A stretch of 32,000 nucleotides of DNA from Candidatus Saccharimonadota bacterium (GCA_029851085.1 CP100318.1:270001-302000), one strand, 5' to 3'; counted from the stretch's first letter, positions 1-11,113 are shown. Numbers and translations: made by a program. Notes: generated from the sequence alone by a model not told the origin.

Positions 1-116
1 AGGCCTTTTTTTTCAAATAAAATATAAGATTTCATATATGGATTCCATTTATCAGTTAAATGTCCAAAATGAACTCTTGCTTTTAATAATTCTTGAATAT
101 TTATTTCTGGTATCAT
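1..116 (-). CDS. rpsB: 30S ribosomal protein S2 (uS2), 5' part; continues past window start
   Basis: Not in ORF track because it is open at the window edge. Reverse complement of 1-116 reads [38 protein letters not shown], the conserved S2 N-terminus (VHFGH..WNP.M). Start codon is CAT at 114-116. The rplM-rpsI-rpsB order is typical. Confidence 0.9.
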   Translation of the reverse strand, partial: MIPEINIQELLKARVHFGHLTDKWNPYMKSYILFEKKG

Positions 117-123
117 TTTAAAA

Positions 124-519
124 TTAACGTTTTGAAAATTGGAATTTTTTACGTGCTTTTTTTCTACCATATTTTTTTCTTTCTATAATTCGTGAATCAC
201 GTGTTAATAATCCTTTAGGTTTTAAAATAGATCTATTTTCTAAATTAATTTTGCAAAGTGCACGTGAAATAGCTAATGAAATAGCTTCTGCTTGACTATT
301 AATTCCACCTCCAAATACTGTAATTAATATATCAAATTTATTTTGGTTATTAGTTAATATAATAGATTGTAATATTTTTACAAATAGTGAATAATGTTTT
401 AAATATTCTTTATAAGAACGGTTATTAATTTTAATATCTCCATGTCCTTCTTTCAAGTAAATTCTAGCAATTGCACATTTTCTTCTGCCTATGGTATGAA
501 TAATATTTTTTTCTTCCAT
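124..519 (-). CDS. rpsI: 30S ribosomal protein S9 (uS9)
   Basis: 131 aa. [34 protein letters not shown] and C-terminal [18 protein letters not shown] are S9 hallmarks. Confidence 0.96.
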   Translation of the reverse strand: MEEKNIIHTIGRRKCAIARIYLKEGHGDIKINNRSYKEYLKHYSLFVKILQSIILTNNQNKFDILITVFGGGINSQAEAISLAISRALCKINLENRSILKPKGLLTRDSRIIERKKYGRKKARKKFQFSKR

Positions 520-523
520 TTAA

Positions 524-961
524 TTAAAATAAAATTTTAGGTTTTTGAGCGTAATGATTATGTTTTGATCCAACATATATATGTAAATTTTTAAGAAATT
601 GTTTTCTTAACCTATTTTTAGGTAACATTCCTTTTATTGATTTTTCTAAAATTTTTTTAGGATTTTTTTTGAATAAATCTTTAAAAAGAATTGTTTTTTT
701 CCCTCCTGGATATCCAGTATAAGTAATATATGTTTTATTATTCCATTTTTTTCCAGTTAGTTTAATTTTATCAACATTTATAATAATAATATTGTCTCCT
801 ATATTAACATTATCAATAAAATATGGTTTATGTTTTCCTCTTATTAATAGAGCAATTTGTGAAGATAATCTTCCTAGAATTTTATTTTTTGCATCTATAA
901 TATACCATTCTTTTTTTATTGATTTTTTATTTGAAATGGTTTTAAAACTTAAAGTATCCAT
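524..961 (-). CDS. rplM: 50S ribosomal protein L13 (uL13)
   Basis: 145 aa. KEWYIIDAKNKILGRLSSQIALLIRGKHKPYF matches the L13 N-terminal signature. Sits directly upstream of rpsI. Confidence 0.96.
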   Translation of the reverse strand: MDTLSFKTISNKKSIKKEWYIIDAKNKILGRLSSQIALLIRGKHKPYFIDNVNIGDNIIIINVDKIKLTGKKWNNKTYITYTGYPGGKKTILFKDLFKKNPKKILEKSIKGMLPKNRLRKQFLKNLHIYVGSKHNHYAQKPKILF

Positions 962-1062
962 AATAATAAATAAAAGTATAATAAATAATAATTATAAAAA
1001 AATAAAATGACAAAAAGTCCTTTTATATTAATGGCATGATGATTGAATAATAACGATTCTTA

Positions 1063-1106
1063 AATGCTACAAGATTATGTAGTTAATGCTACAAGATTAT
1101 GTAGTT
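1063..1106. repeat. Exact 22-bp tandem duplication (AATGCTACAAGATTATGTAGTT x2) in the rplM/dnaK divergent intergenic region
   Basis: Copy 1 at 1063-1084 and copy 2 at 1085-1106 are identical. Flanking bases differ (1062 a versus 1084 t). The repeat ends 32 bp before the dnaK ATG. Confidence 0.95.
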
Positions 1107-1138
1107 TTAAAAAATTGAAATAAATAAATATAATAAAT

Positions 1139-3052
1139 ATGAGTAAAATTATAGGTATAGATTTAGGTACTACTAATTCATGTGTTGCTATAATAGATGG
1201 AAAAGAGCCAAATGTTATACCTAATTCAGAAGGAAAGAGAACAACACCTTCTATTGTAGCTTTTGTAGAAGGGGGTGAAAGAAAAATTGGTGATCCTGCT
1301 AAACGTCAAGCGGTTACTAACCCCCAAAAAACTATTTTTTCTATTAAACGTTTTATGGGAAGAAAATTTTCTGAAGTTAATGAAGAAATTAAAAATGTGC
1401 CTTATAAAGTAATAAAAGGGAGTAATGATACTCCTAGAGTTAGTATTGATGGAAAATTATATTCTCCTCAAGAAATATCAGCTATGATACTTCAAAAAAT
1501 GAAAAAAACAGCTGAAGATTATATAGGATATAATATAAATAGTGCAGTAATTACTGTTCCTGCATATTTTAATGATGCCCAAAGACAAGCTACTAAAGAA
1601 GCTGGAGAAATAGCTGGATTAAAAGTTGAACGTATTATTAATGAACCTACTGCAGCGGCATTAGCTTATGGTTTAGATAAAAGTAAAAAATCTAAAAAAA
1701 TAGTGGTATATGATTTAGGAGGAGGAACTTTTGATATTTCAATATTAGAATTAGCTGATGGTGTTTTTGAAGTACTTTCAACTAATGGAGATACACATTT
1801 AGGAGGTGATGATTTTGATAGTATTATTATTAATTGGTTATCTACGATATTTAAAAATGAAGAAGGTATAGATCTTTGTAAAGATCCTATGGCACATCAA
1901 CGTTTAAAAGAAGCTGCAGAAAAAGCAAAAATAGAATTATCCTCAAGTATGCAAACTGAAATTAATTTACCTTATATTACTGCAACAGCTTCTGGTCCTA
2001 AACATTTAATACAAACACTAACAAGAGCAAAATTTGAACAATTATCTGAAAAATTAATTAATCGTTCTATTGCTCCTTGCAAACAAGCTTTAGAATCTTC
2101 AGGATTAAAATCTAAAGATATTGATGAAGTAATTTTAGTAGGTGGTTCTACACGTATTCCTAAAATACAACAAGAAGTAGAAAAATTTTTTGGTAAAAAA
2201 CCATCTAAAGGAGTAAATCCAGATGAAGTAGTAGCTATTGGTGCAGCTATTCAAGGAGGTGTATTGACTGGTGATGTAAAAGATGTACTTTTATTAGATG
2301 TTACTCCATTATCTTTAGGAATAGAAACTTTGGGAGGAGTTTTTACTAAATTAATAGAATCTAATACAACTATTCCTACAAAAAAATCAGAATTATTTTC
2401 TACTGCTACAGATAATCAACCAGCTGTCACTATACGTGTAGGACAAGGTGAACGTTCTATGTTTAAGGATAATAAAGAAATTGGACGTTTTGATTTAATA
2501 GATATTCCAACTGCTCCAAGAGGAACTCCTCAAATTGAAGTAACTTTTGATATTGATGCTAATGGTATATTAAATGTTTCTGCTAAAGATAAAAAAACAG
2601 GAAAAGAACAATCTATTAGGATAGAAGCTTCATCTGGGTTAAGTCAAGAAGAAATTGAAAAAATGAAACTAGAAGCTCAGGAAAATGCTGATAAAGATAA
2701 AAAAATAAAAGAAGAAATTGACAAATTAAATGCTACTGATAATTTAATTTTTAATAGTGAAAAACAATTAAAAGAATATGGAGATAAAATTTCAGATAAA
2801 AATAAAAAAAATATTGAAGAATCAATAAAAAAACTTAAATCTGCATATAATGATAAAAATTTATCTATGATAGATGAAGCAACCAAAGAAGTTAATGAAG
2901 CCTTTTCAAATGCTTATAAAGAAATTTCTGCAGTTAAAGAAAAAGAAAAAAATGAAATAAATTCTTCAAAAGAAACAACATCTAAAAATAATTCTAAATC
3001 ATCAGAAAAAAATGAAAATATACAAGATGTTGATTTTGAAGAAGTTAAATAG
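1139..3052 (+). CDS. dnaK: Chaperone DnaK (Hsp70)
   Basis: 637 aa. Contains [23 protein letters not shown] and [14 protein letters not shown] Hsp70 signatures. C-terminus is DVDFEEVK. Confidence 0.98.
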   Translation: MSKIIGIDLGTTNSCVAIIDGKEPNVIPNSEGKRTTPSIVAFVEGGERKIGDPAKRQAVTNPQKTIFSIKRFMGRKFSEVNEEIKNVPYKVIKGSNDTPRVSIDGKLYSPQEISAMILQKMKKTAEDYIGYNINSAVITVPAYFNDAQRQATKEAGEIAGLKVERIINEPTAAALAYGLDKSKKSKKIVVYDLGGGTFDISILELADGVFEVLSTNGDTHLGGDDFDSIIINWLSTIFKNEEGIDLCKDPMAHQRLKEAAEKAKIELSSSMQTEINLPYITATASGPKHLIQTLTRAKFEQLSEKLINRSIAPCKQALESSGLKSKDIDEVILVGGSTRIPKIQQEVEKFFGKKPSKGVNPDEVVAIGAAIQGGVLTGDVKDVLLLDVTPLSLGIETLGGVFTKLIESNTTIPTKKSELFSTATDNQPAVTIRVGQGERSMFKDNKEIGRFDLIDIPTAPRGTPQIEVTFDIDANGILNVSAKDKKTGKEQSIRIEASSGLSQEEIEKMKLEAQENADKDKKIKEEIDKLNATDNLIFNSEKQLKEYGDKISDKNKKNIEESIKKLKSAYNDKNLSMIDEATKEVNEAFSNAYKEISAVKEKEKNEINSSKETTSKNNSKSSEKNENIQDVDFEEVK

Positions 3053-3067
3053 TTAAATAGTTTAAAT

Positions 3068-3107
3068 AAACAACAAATACATAAAAATATTTATGTATTT
3101 GTTGTTT
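3068..3107. terminator. Perfect 18-bp-stem hairpin between convergent dnaK and the dnaB remnant; candidate bidirectional intrinsic terminator
   Basis: Left arm AAACAACAAATACATAAA at 3068-3085, loop AATA, right arm TTTATGTATTTGTTGTTT at 3090-3107. Starts 16 nt after the dnaK stop. Confidence 0.6.
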
Positions 3108-3950
3108 TAAATATTTAAAAATTGGGCTTTTTCTTTAATAAAACGTAAACGAATATTATCTAATTTTCCATTACGATGTTTAGCAATAATTATTTCAGAT
3201 TGATCTTTTCCAGTTATTGATTATTCCAAGTATTAAAACCATAATATTCAGGTATATAAAAACAATATCAGCATCTTGTTCAATTGCACCTATCGTAAAT
3301 CAGATAATAATTGCCGTTTATTACCTAACCTAATTTCTACATAACGAGATAATTTAGATATAGCAATTATAGGAATATAATAATAAGTTCTTTTGCAATA
3401 GATTTAAAATAAATTATTGATATTTCTTGTTCACGATTAATAGTATTTTTATTTACAGTAATTAATTGTAGATAATCAATCATAATAATACGTATTTTTT
3501 TATTTTTTGATTAAGTATATACCATTCTGAATCAGATAAATTAGCTTGTTTTAATTTATTAATTGATATATCAGTTTCATATGCAATTAATCTATTAATT
3601 GTATAGAATACATTTCTAATGAAAAAAAAGCTATAGGTATACAGAATTATCGATAATATAAATGCTGTTTTACCCATTCCAGTACGTGCTTACAATATAA
3701 TTAAGTCAGAATTTTTCCAACCAGAAGTAATTTCATCTATTTTAAAAAATCCATAAGGTATTTGATATTGTATATAAATCTATAGGTTCAGAATTATTAA
3801 GAATAAAAGTTTTTGTATAACTATATAAATTTCTTTATGTTTTATATTATAAAACATTTCTGTAGATAATATAATCCTTTTTGATCAATCATTATAGCAC
3901 ATAAAACAATTTATTATAATGCTTTGGTAGGTATTTTTTTATCAATTGTA
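3107..3950 (-). pseudogene. dnaB: Replicative DNA helicase DnaB, eroded pseudogene (multiple frameshifts, in-frame stops, internal deletion, no start codon)
   Basis: The reverse strand shows DnaB motifs split over all three frames. Examples: IPYGFFKIDEITSGWKNSDLIIL-TAA-ARTGMGKTAF (Walker A; in-frame stop at 3690-3692), IMIDYLQLITVNKNTINREQEISIIYFKSIAKEL, IPIIAISKLSRYVEIRLGNKRQLLSDLR, GAIEQDADIVFIY, and EIIIAKHRNGKLDNIRLRFIKEKAQF followed by a stop at 3107-3109. Track ORF 3480..3677 is just the longest surviving fragment. Confidence 0.9.
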
Positions 3951-3996
3951 AAATCGTTATTAAGAATATAAGATATTTAATAAAATTTAAAATTAT

Positions 3997-4782
3997 ATGT
4001 ATTCTATTTATTCATTAGAAGAAATTGAAATTATTAAAAAAAGTGCATTATTAACATCAAAAACATTGGGTATTTTAGCTAAAGAAATAAAACCGGGTAT
4101 TAATACTTTATATTTGGATAAATTGGCAAAAGAATTTATTTATGATAATGGTGGTAGTTCAGCATTTTTAGGATTATATGATTTTCCTAATACTATTTGC
4201 ATATCTATTAATGAACAAGTAGTACATGGAATTCCAAAAAATAATGTTTATTTATATGATGGAGATATTATTTCTATAGATTGTGGAGTAAAAATGAATG
4301 GATATTGTGGAGATCAAGCATATACTTTTGAAGTAGGTGAAATAAATTACAAAAAAAAAAAATTATTACAAATAACTAAAGAATCTTTATATTTAGGAAT
4401 AAAAGAATGTAAAAAAGGACATAGTATAGGACATATTGGTTTTACTATTCAAAACCATGTAGAAAAATATGGATATAACATAGTTAAAGAATTTGTTGGA
4501 CATGGGTTAGGACGTAATATACATGAAAATCCTAAAATACCTAATTATGGAAAAAAAGGTGATGGTGATCTTTTAAAGGAAGGAATGGTTTTATCTATAG
4601 AACCAATGGTTAATATGGGAACTGATAAAATCCAATTTGATAAAGATGGTTGGACAATTTATACGTTTGATAAACAACCTTCAGCTCATTTTGAGCATAA
4701 TATAGCAATTATTAATGGAAAAGCTTCTTTACTATCTACTTTTAAATATATTTATAAATCTTTAAAAATAAAAACAAAATAA
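3997..4782 (+). CDS. map: Methionine aminopeptidase, type I
   Basis: 261 aa. Metal-ligand contexts are present: DGDIISIDCG, CGDQAYTF, FVGHGLG, LSIEPM, HFEHN. Confidence 0.95.
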   Translation: MYSIYSLEEIEIIKKSALLTSKTLGILAKEIKPGINTLYLDKLAKEFIYDNGGSSAFLGLYDFPNTICISINEQVVHGIPKNNVYLYDGDIISIDCGVKMNGYCGDQAYTFEVGEINYKKKKLLQITKESLYLGIKECKKGHSIGHIGFTIQNHVEKYGYNIVKEFVGHGLGRNIHENPKIPNYGKKGDGDLLKEGMVLSIEPMVNMGTDKIQFDKDGWTIYTFDKQPSAHFEHNIAIINGKASLLSTFKYIYKSLKIKTK

Positions 4783-4794
4783 TATTAATAATTA

Positions 4795-5178
4795 ATGCCA
4801 ACTATTCAACAATTAATTAGAAAAGGAAGAATTTCAATTAAAAAAACTAGTAAATCAGCTATATTAAATTCTTGTCCTCAAAAAAGAGGTGTATGTACAC
4901 GTGTATATACTACTACTCCTAAAAAACCTAATTCTGCTATGCGTAAAGTTTGTAGAGTACGTTTAACTAATGGAAAAGAAATAATTGCTTATATACGTGG
5001 TGAAGGTCATAATCTTCAAGAACATTCAATCGTATGTGTTGCAGGAGGAAAAATTGCTAGAGATCTTTCAGGAGTACGTGCTCATGTAGAACGTGGATGT
5101 AGAGATACTGCTGGAGTTGTGGGTCGTATGAAAAGTAGAAGTAAATATGGTACTAAAAAAAGTTCTAAAAATAAATAA
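4795..5178 (+). CDS. rpsL: 30S ribosomal protein S12 (uS12), with atypical C-terminal third
   Basis: 127 aa. [34 protein letters not shown] is canonical. Residues 81-103 ([23 protein letters not shown]) deviate from the near-invariant [22 protein letters not shown]. Confidence 0.95.
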   Translation: MPTIQQLIRKGRISIKKTSKSAILNSCPQKRGVCTRVYTTTPKKPNSAMRKVCRVRLTNGKEIIAYIRGEGHNLQEHSIVCVAGGKIARDLSGVRAHVERGCRDTAGVVGRMKSRSKYGTKKSSKNK

Positions 5179-5182
5179 AATA

Positions 5183-5659
5183 ATGAGAAAAGTTAAAGAC
5201 TTAAAAAAGTCTTATTTACCAGATCCAAAATATGGGGAAACATTAGTTACTAGATTTGTAAATCATCTTATTAAAGATGGAAAAAAAATAAAAGCTTATG
5301 ATATATTTTATAATGCTCTAAAAAAAATAGATCAAGATAAAAAAATATCAGAAAAAACAGCTTTAGATATTTGGAAACAGGCATTAAAAAATGTAATGCC
5401 TCATGTAGAAGTTAAAAGTCGTAGAATTGGAGGAATAAATATTCAAATTCCTGTTACTATATCGTCACATATTAAAATAACTAAAGCAATAAAATTGATA
5501 ATTAAATGTGCATCATTACGACATGAAAAAAGTATGGCATTTAAATTAGCAGCAGAAATTTTAGATGCGTTTAATGAAGAAGGTATGGCAATTAAAAAAA
5601 GAGATAATATTCATAAAATTGTTGAGGCTAACAAAGCTTTTTCTCATTTTAGATTTTAA
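5183..5659 (+). CDS. rpsG: 30S ribosomal protein S7 (uS7)
   Basis: Start trimmed to the ATG at 5183 ([29 protein letters not shown] matches the S7 N-terminus). The track start at 5147 overlaps the rpsL end and adds non-homologous residues. Confidence 0.93.
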   Translation: MRKVKDLKKSYLPDPKYGETLVTRFVNHLIKDGKKIKAYDIFYNALKKIDQDKKISEKTALDIWKQALKNVMPHVEVKSRRIGGINIQIPVTISSHIKITKAIKLIIKCASLRHEKSMAFKLAAEILDAFNEEGMAIKKRDNIHKIVEANKAFSHFRF

Positions 5660-5676
5660 ACATATTTTATTTATTT

Positions 5677-7770
5677 ATGGTAAAAAAATTAAAATATACA
5701 AGAAATATAGGCATTGTAGCACATATTGATGCTGGTAAAACAACTACAACAGAACGGATTTTATTTTATACAGGTAAAACTCATAAAATTGGTGAAGTCC
5801 ATGAAGGAACTGCTATAATGGATTGGATGGCTCAAGAACAAGAAAGAGGAATTACAATAACTTCTGCAGCAACACGTTGCGAATGGACATATTTTAATAA
5901 TAAATATTATATCAATATAATTGATACACCTGGACATGTAGATTTTACAGTAGAAGTAGAACGTTCTCTTAGGGTATTAGATGGTATGGTAGTTTTATTT
6001 AGTGCAGTAGATGGTGTAGAACCTCAATCAGAAACTGTCTGGAGACAAGCTGATAAATATAAAATTCCTAGAATAGGTTTTGTAAATAAAATGGATCGTA
6101 GAGGATCAGATTTTTTTGATGTTTGTGATCAAGTAAAAAATATTTTGTACAGTAAAGCAGTTATTATGCAAATACCTATTGGTAATGAAATAGATTTTAA
6201 AGGTATAATAGATTTAATTTCAAATAAAGCTATTATTTGGAATGATAATGATCAAGGTGTAACATATACACAATGTGAAATACCTAATAATCTAAAAAAT
6301 ATTTCTATTAAATATAGAAAAAAATTAATAGAAGATATTGTAGAATATGATGATGTTTTAATAGAAAAATTTTTTAATAATCCTGATTCTATTTCAGAAT
6401 ATGAATTATATAAAACTTTACGTAAAGCTACAATAAATCTTAAAATAGTTCCTATGTTTTGTGGATCGTCTTTTAGAAATAAAGGTGTTCAAATATTAAT
6501 AGATGCAATATGTCAATATTTACCATCTCCTATTGAGATAAAAAAAATTGTTGGTATAAATCCTATTACAAATAAACCAGAAGAACGTAAACATGATGAT
6601 AATGAACCATTTTCAGCATTAGCATTTAAAATTTCTACTGATCAATTTGTTGGACGTTTAGCATTCATAAGAGTTTATTCTGGTTTATTAAATGCTGGTT
6701 CTTATGTATATAATACGCGTTCAAAAAATAAAGAACGTATATCACGTATATATCAAATGCATACTAATAAACAAATTCCTATAGAAAAAGTGGTAGCCGG
6801 TGATATTGGAGCTATAGTAGGTTTTAAAGATATTAAAACAGGAGATACTATTTGTGATGAAAAATATCCCATAATTTTAGAAAAAATATTGTTTCCTGAC
6901 CCAGTAATAGGATTAGCAATTGAACCTAAATATAAAAAAGATCTTGATAAAATGAGTATTGCAATTTCAAAATTACTAGAAGAAGATCCTACTCTTCAAG
7001 TACGTATTGATAAATCAACAAGACAAACTATTATTTCAGGTATGGGAGAGTTACATTTAGAAATTATTATAGATCGTATGAAAAGGGAATTTGGAGTAGA
7101 AGTAAATCACGGAAAACCTCAAGTTGAATATAAAGAAACATTAACAATTCCAATTAAACATAGAGAAGTTTATAAAAAACAAACTGGAGGTAAAGGTAAA
7201 TTTGCAGATATAATATTTATATTAAGTCCTGCTGATAAAAATAAAAATGGGTTAGAATTTATAAATAAAGTTAAAGGTGGAAATATTCCAAAAGAATTTA
7301 TTCCTTCTATTGAAAAAGGTTTTATAGAATCAATGAAAAGTGGACCTTTAGCTGGTTATGAAATTGATGCAATGAAAATTACATTAATAGATGGTTCTTA
7401 TCATCAAGTAGATTCTGATCAATTATCTTTTGAATTAGCAGCAAAATCTGGGTTTAGAGAATCATCAAAAAATACAAAATTTGTATTATTAGAACCTATT
7501 ATGAAATTAGAAATAGTAACTCCTGAAGAAAATATGGGAGATATTGTAGGAGATTTGAATCGTAGAAGAGGTAATATACAAAATATAGATAGTCGTAATA
7601 AGACAAAAATTATTAAAACTATTGTACCATTATCAGAAATGTTTGGATATGTTACTACTTTACGTACGTTATCTTCTGGTAGAGCAATTTCAACAATGGA
7701 ATTTTATAAATATGAAGTTGTACCATCTAATATAGCAGAAGAAATTATTTTAAAAACAAAAGATATATAA
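5677..7770 (+). CDS. fusA: Translation elongation factor G
   Basis: 697 aa. Contains [52 protein letters not shown] and NKMDR GTPase motifs. Confidence 0.98.
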   Translation: MVKKLKYTRNIGIVAHIDAGKTTTTERILFYTGKTHKIGEVHEGTAIMDWMAQEQERGITITSAATRCEWTYFNNKYYINIIDTPGHVDFTVEVERSLRVLDGMVVLFSAVDGVEPQSETVWRQADKYKIPRIGFVNKMDRRGSDFFDVCDQVKNILYSKAVIMQIPIGNEIDFKGIIDLISNKAIIWNDNDQGVTYTQCEIPNNLKNISIKYRKKLIEDIVEYDDVLIEKFFNNPDSISEYELYKTLRKATINLKIVPMFCGSSFRNKGVQILIDAICQYLPSPIEIKKIVGINPITNKPEERKHDDNEPFSALAFKISTDQFVGRLAFIRVYSGLLNAGSYVYNTRSKNKERISRIYQMHTNKQIPIEKVVAGDIGAIVGFKDIKTGDTICDEKYPIILEKILFPDPVIGLAIEPKYKKDLDKMSIAISKLLEEDPTLQVRIDKSTRQTIISGMGELHLEIIIDRMKREFGVEVNHGKPQVEYKETLTIPIKHREVYKKQTGGKGKFADIIFILSPADKNKNGLEFINKVKGGNIPKEFIPSIEKGFIESMKSGPLAGYEIDAMKITLIDGSYHQVDSDQLSFELAAKSGFRESSKNTKFVLLEPIMKLEIVTPEENMGDIVGDLNRRRGNIQNIDSRNKTKIIKTIVPLSEMFGYVTTLRTLSSGRAISTMEFYKYEVVPSNIAEEIILKTKDI

Positions 7771-7771
7771 A

Positions 7772-8077
7772 ATGAGTCAAAATATTAGAATAAAATTACA
7801 ATCATATGATCATTTATTATTAGATAATTCTATGGAAAAAATTATTAAATCTGTTATTCCTACAGGTGTTATAATTAAAGGTCCTATACCTTTACCTACT
7901 GTTAAAAAAATTTATACTGTATTACGTTCACCACATGTTAATAAAAAATCTCGTGAACAATATGTTTTACCTAAACATAAGAGATTTTTGGAGATTTGTA
8001 ATGCACGTTCTACTACTATTGATGCTTTGATGAAGTTAGAATTAGCTAGTGGAGTTGAAGTAAAAATTAAAGTTTAA
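7772..8077 (+). CDS. rpsJ: 30S ribosomal protein S10 (uS10)
   Basis: 101 aa. [14 protein letters not shown]...KGPIPLPT...[17 protein letters not shown] is typical S10. Confidence 0.96.
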   Translation: MSQNIRIKLQSYDHLLLDNSMEKIIKSVIPTGVIIKGPIPLPTVKKIYTVLRSPHVNKKSREQYVLPKHKRFLEICNARSTTIDALMKLELASGVEVKIKV

Positions 8078-8082
8078 ATAAT

Positions 8083-8724
8083 ATGCTAGGAATAATAGGA
8101 AAATATATAGGTATGATTAGCTTATATGATATACATGGAATAAGTATTCCATGTAGTATTATAAAAGCTGGACCATGTACAATAACTCAAATTAAAACTA
8201 TAGATAAAGATTCTTATTGTTCTATACAATTGGGTTTTGAACATAAAAATGAAAAAAATACTAATAAACCTTTAAAAGGACATTTTAAAAAAGCTAATAC
8301 ATTACCTCATAAAAAACTTGTAGAATTTACAGGATATTTTCCTAATCTTAAATTAGGAGATAATATAAAAGTAAATATTTTTCATGAAAATGAATTAATT
8401 AATATTACAGGTTTTTCTAAAGGAAAAGGATTTCAAGGTGTAGTAAAACGTCATGGATTTTCAGGTGTTGGTGAAAGTACTCATGGTCAACATAATCGTT
8501 TAAGAGCACCCGGATCTATTGGAGCTGGATCTGATCCTTCTCGTGTATTTAAAGGTACCTTAATGGCAGGTAGAACAGGTCATGAAAGAATTACTATTAA
8601 AAATATTAAATTAATTAAAATAGATATAGAAAAAGATTTATTAATTGTTAAAGGATCTGTACCTGGATATAAAAATTCGTATTTAATTATAAATAAAATA
8701 ATAAATGGAAGTAAAAGTATTTAA
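8083..8724 (+). CDS. rplC: 50S ribosomal protein L3 (uL3)
   Basis: 213 aa. Contains [41 protein letters not shown] and [16 protein letters not shown]. Confidence 0.96.
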   Translation: MLGIIGKYIGMISLYDIHGISIPCSIIKAGPCTITQIKTIDKDSYCSIQLGFEHKNEKNTNKPLKGHFKKANTLPHKKLVEFTGYFPNLKLGDNIKVNIFHENELINITGFSKGKGFQGVVKRHGFSGVGESTHGQHNRLRAPGSIGAGSDPSRVFKGTLMAGRTGHERITIKNIKLIKIDIEKDLLIVKGSVPGYKNSYLIINKIINGSKSI

Positions 8725-9340
8725 TATTAAAGGTGAACAAACGGATAATTTAAAATTAAATAATAATATATTTAATATAAATCCTCATTATCATTCTGTA
8801 TATCTTGAAATTAAAAGATATTTAGCATCAAAACGTCAAGGAACTCATAAAACAAAAGAAAGAAGTGAATTATCAGGAAGTAGACGTAAACTACATCGTC
8901 AGAAAGGAACTGGAAGTTCAAGAAAAGGTGATATTAAAAATCCTTTATTTAGAGGTGGAGCAAGAGTTTTTGGACCTACTCCTAGAAAGTATAATTTTAA
9001 ATTAAATAAATCTTTAAAAAAATTAGCTAAACGTTCTATTATAAGTAAAAAAATTCAGGATAATTCAATATTAATTTTAGAAGATTTTTCTTTAGAAGTT
9101 CCTAAAACTAAGAATTTTTTAGATAAATTAAAATATTTTGATTATTTATCAATAAATAAAAAAAATATTCTAATGGTTTTAGAAACGTATAACAAAAATT
9201 TATATTTAGCATCTCGTAATTTACCAAAATTTAAACTTATATCAATTAATGAATTAAATAGTTATGATCTTTTAAAAGCTTCATATATTATTTTGTTTAA
9301 GAGTTCTATAGAAAAACTTTCAAATTATTTGAATAAATGA
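8705..9340 (+). CDS. rplD: 50S ribosomal protein L4 (uL4)
   Basis: 211 aa. Contains [48 protein letters not shown]. Overlaps the rplC end by 20 nt. Confidence 0.94.
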   Translation: MEVKVFNIKGEQTDNLKLNNNIFNINPHYHSVYLEIKRYLASKRQGTHKTKERSELSGSRRKLHRQKGTGSSRKGDIKNPLFRGGARVFGPTPRKYNFKLNKSLKKLAKRSIISKKIQDNSILILEDFSLEVPKTKNFLDKLKYFDYLSINKKNILMVLETYNKNLYLASRNLPKFKLISINELNSYDLLKASYIILFKSSIEKLSNYLNK

Positions 9341-9606
9341 CAATTTTAATTAAACCTTTAAATAAAGTTGAAAAATATAATAAATCTTATGTTTTTATAG
9401 TTAATAATAGAGCAAATAAAATTCAAATTAAAAATGAAATAAAAAAATTTTATAATGTTCTAGTTAAAAATGTTAATACAATAATTTGTTATAAACAAAA
9501 AAAAAATAAATCTACTAAAAAAGGTTTTTTAAAGTCAAAAACATTTAAAAAAGCTATAATAACTCTTGAAAAAGGTAATTTTATAAATTTTAAAAAAAAT
9601 ACATAA
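9337..9606 (+). CDS. rplW: 50S ribosomal protein L23 (uL23)
   Basis: 89 aa. Position between rplD and rplB, plus [21 protein letters not shown]...VNT and [15 protein letters not shown] overlap with rplD. Confidence 0.88.
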   Translation: MTILIKPLNKVEKYNKSYVFIVNNRANKIQIKNEIKKFYNVLVKNVNTIICYKQKKNKSTKKGFLKSKTFKKAIITLEKGNFINFKKNT

Positions 9607-9608
9607 TA

Positions 9609-10421
9609 ATGTCAATAAAAAAATTAAAACCAATAACGTCAAGTCAAAGATTTAGAGTTGTTAATAATTATGAAGAAATTTCTACTACTAATAAAAAAAA
9701 TATTAAATATTTAAGTAGAGGAAAAAATAAATCAGGTGGAAGAAATAATTATGGAAAAATTACTATGCGTTATATTGGAGGAGGACATAAAAAAAAATAT
9801 AGAATTATTGATTTTAAAAGAAATAAATTCAATATACCAGCTATTGTAAAATCTATTGAATATGATCCTAATAGATCATCTTTTATATCTTTGTTATTTT
9901 ATGCTGATGGTGAAAAACGATATATTATATCTCCAAATGGTATTAAAATAGGTCAAAAAATTTTTTCAGGTAAAAATATTTCTACAGATATTGGCAATGC
10001 ATTATATTTAAATGACATTCCTTTAGGCACTATTATTTCGTGTGTAGAAATAAAACCTGGTAAAGGAGCAACACTAGCTCGTAGTGCTGGTTCTTATGCA
10101 CAATTGCTTTCTAAAGATGGTAAATATGTGATAGTTAAATTACCTTCCGGTAAAAATCAAATGATATTGAATAATTGTATAGCTACTATAGGTTCTGTAT
10201 CTAATGTTGATCATCAATTAGAAATATCAGGAAAAGCTGGAAGAAATAGATGGTTAGGAATAAGACCACGTACTAGAGGTGTAGCAATGAATCCAGTAGA
10301 TCATCCTATGGGTGGTGGAGAGGGAAAATCTTCTGGAGGTCATCCTAGAAATAGAAAAGGTATACCTTCAAAAGGATTTAAAACACGTAAAACATTATCT
10401 AAATCAAAAAAAATAAAATAA
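9609..10421 (+). CDS. rplB: 50S ribosomal protein L2 (uL2)
   Basis: 270 aa. Contains [23 protein letters not shown], and [23 protein letters not shown]. Confidence 0.98.
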   Translation: MSIKKLKPITSSQRFRVVNNYEEISTTNKKNIKYLSRGKNKSGGRNNYGKITMRYIGGGHKKKYRIIDFKRNKFNIPAIVKSIEYDPNRSSFISLLFYADGEKRYIISPNGIKIGQKIFSGKNISTDIGNALYLNDIPLGTIISCVEIKPGKGATLARSAGSYAQLLSKDGKYVIVKLPSGKNQMILNNCIATIGSVSNVDHQLEISGKAGRNRWLGIRPRTRGVAMNPVDHPMGGGEGKSSGGHPRNRKGIPSKGFKTRKTLSKSKKIK

Positions 10422-10422
10422 T

Positions 10423-10716
10423 ATGGCACGTTCATTAAAAAAAGGTCCATATGTATCTTATACATTGTTAAAAAAGGTAATTAATAATAAAAAAATAAAT
10501 AAAAAAATAGTTATAAAAACGTGGTCAAGATCATCAATGATAATTCCTGAATTTGTAGGTCAAACTTTTGCAGTTCATAATGGAAAACAACATATTCCAG
10601 TATACATTACTGAAAATATGGTTGGACACAAATTAGGAGAATTTGTTTATACTAGGATATTTAGAGGTCACGCCGGTAATAAAACAAAAACAGGTAATAA
10701 AAAAATAACAAAATAA
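10423..10716 (+). CDS. rpsS: 30S ribosomal protein S19 (uS19)
   Basis: 97 aa. [11 protein letters not shown]...[42 protein letters not shown]. Confidence 0.97.
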   Translation: MARSLKKGPYVSYTLLKKVINNKKINKKIVIKTWSRSSMIIPEFVGQTFAVHNGKQHIPVYITENMVGHKLGEFVYTRIFRGHAGNKTKTGNKKITK

Positions 10717-10720
10717 TTTT

Positions 10721-11110
10721 ATGGGGTCAATAAAAAAGATAATGGCTCTGAATAATATTAAATCTCAAAAAAAAATAGTATTTGCTTTTTTACGAAATGT
10801 TCCAATATCTCCACGTAAAATGAGATTAATGACAAATAATATTCGTAATATTAGTGTGAATAAGGCATTAAATATTTTAAATAATAACAAAAAAAAATCA
10901 TCAATTTTTTTAAAAAAACTTTTATTATCAGCATTATCAAATTGGAAATTAAAAAATAAAAATATAGAAAATCTAGATAAACCTTTATATATAAGAGAAA
11001 TTATTGTTAATAAAGCTCATACTTTAAAAAGATTACGAATAGTTTCTAAAGGTAGAGCTAATCAAATTAAAAAAACATTTAATAATGTTAAAATTATAAT
11101 AAATAATTAA
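10721..11110 (+). CDS. rplV: 50S ribosomal protein L22 (uL22)
   Basis: 129 aa. Operon position, plus AFLRNVPISPRKMRL...IRN..V.KALNIL and LKRLRIVSKGRANQIKK. Confidence 0.9.
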   Translation: MGSIKKIMALNNIKSQKKIVFAFLRNVPISPRKMRLMTNNIRNISVNKALNILNNNKKKSSIFLKKLLLSALSNWKLKNKNIENLDKPLYIREIIVNKAHTLKRLRIVSKGRANQIKKTFNNVKIIINN

Positions 11111-11113
11111 ATA

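Noticed and set aside
792-1010. 72-aa + strand ORF overlapping rplM
   Set aside because: It is antisense to a clearly conserved L13 gene. The product is a low-complexity I/F/L-rich peptide with no recognisable motif, typical of spurious ORFs in A+T-rich DNA.
3480-3677. 65-aa ORF as a stand-alone small P-loop protein
   Set aside because: It is the longest surviving frame of the dnaB pseudogene. DnaB homology continues upstream across an in-frame TAA and downstream in other frames.
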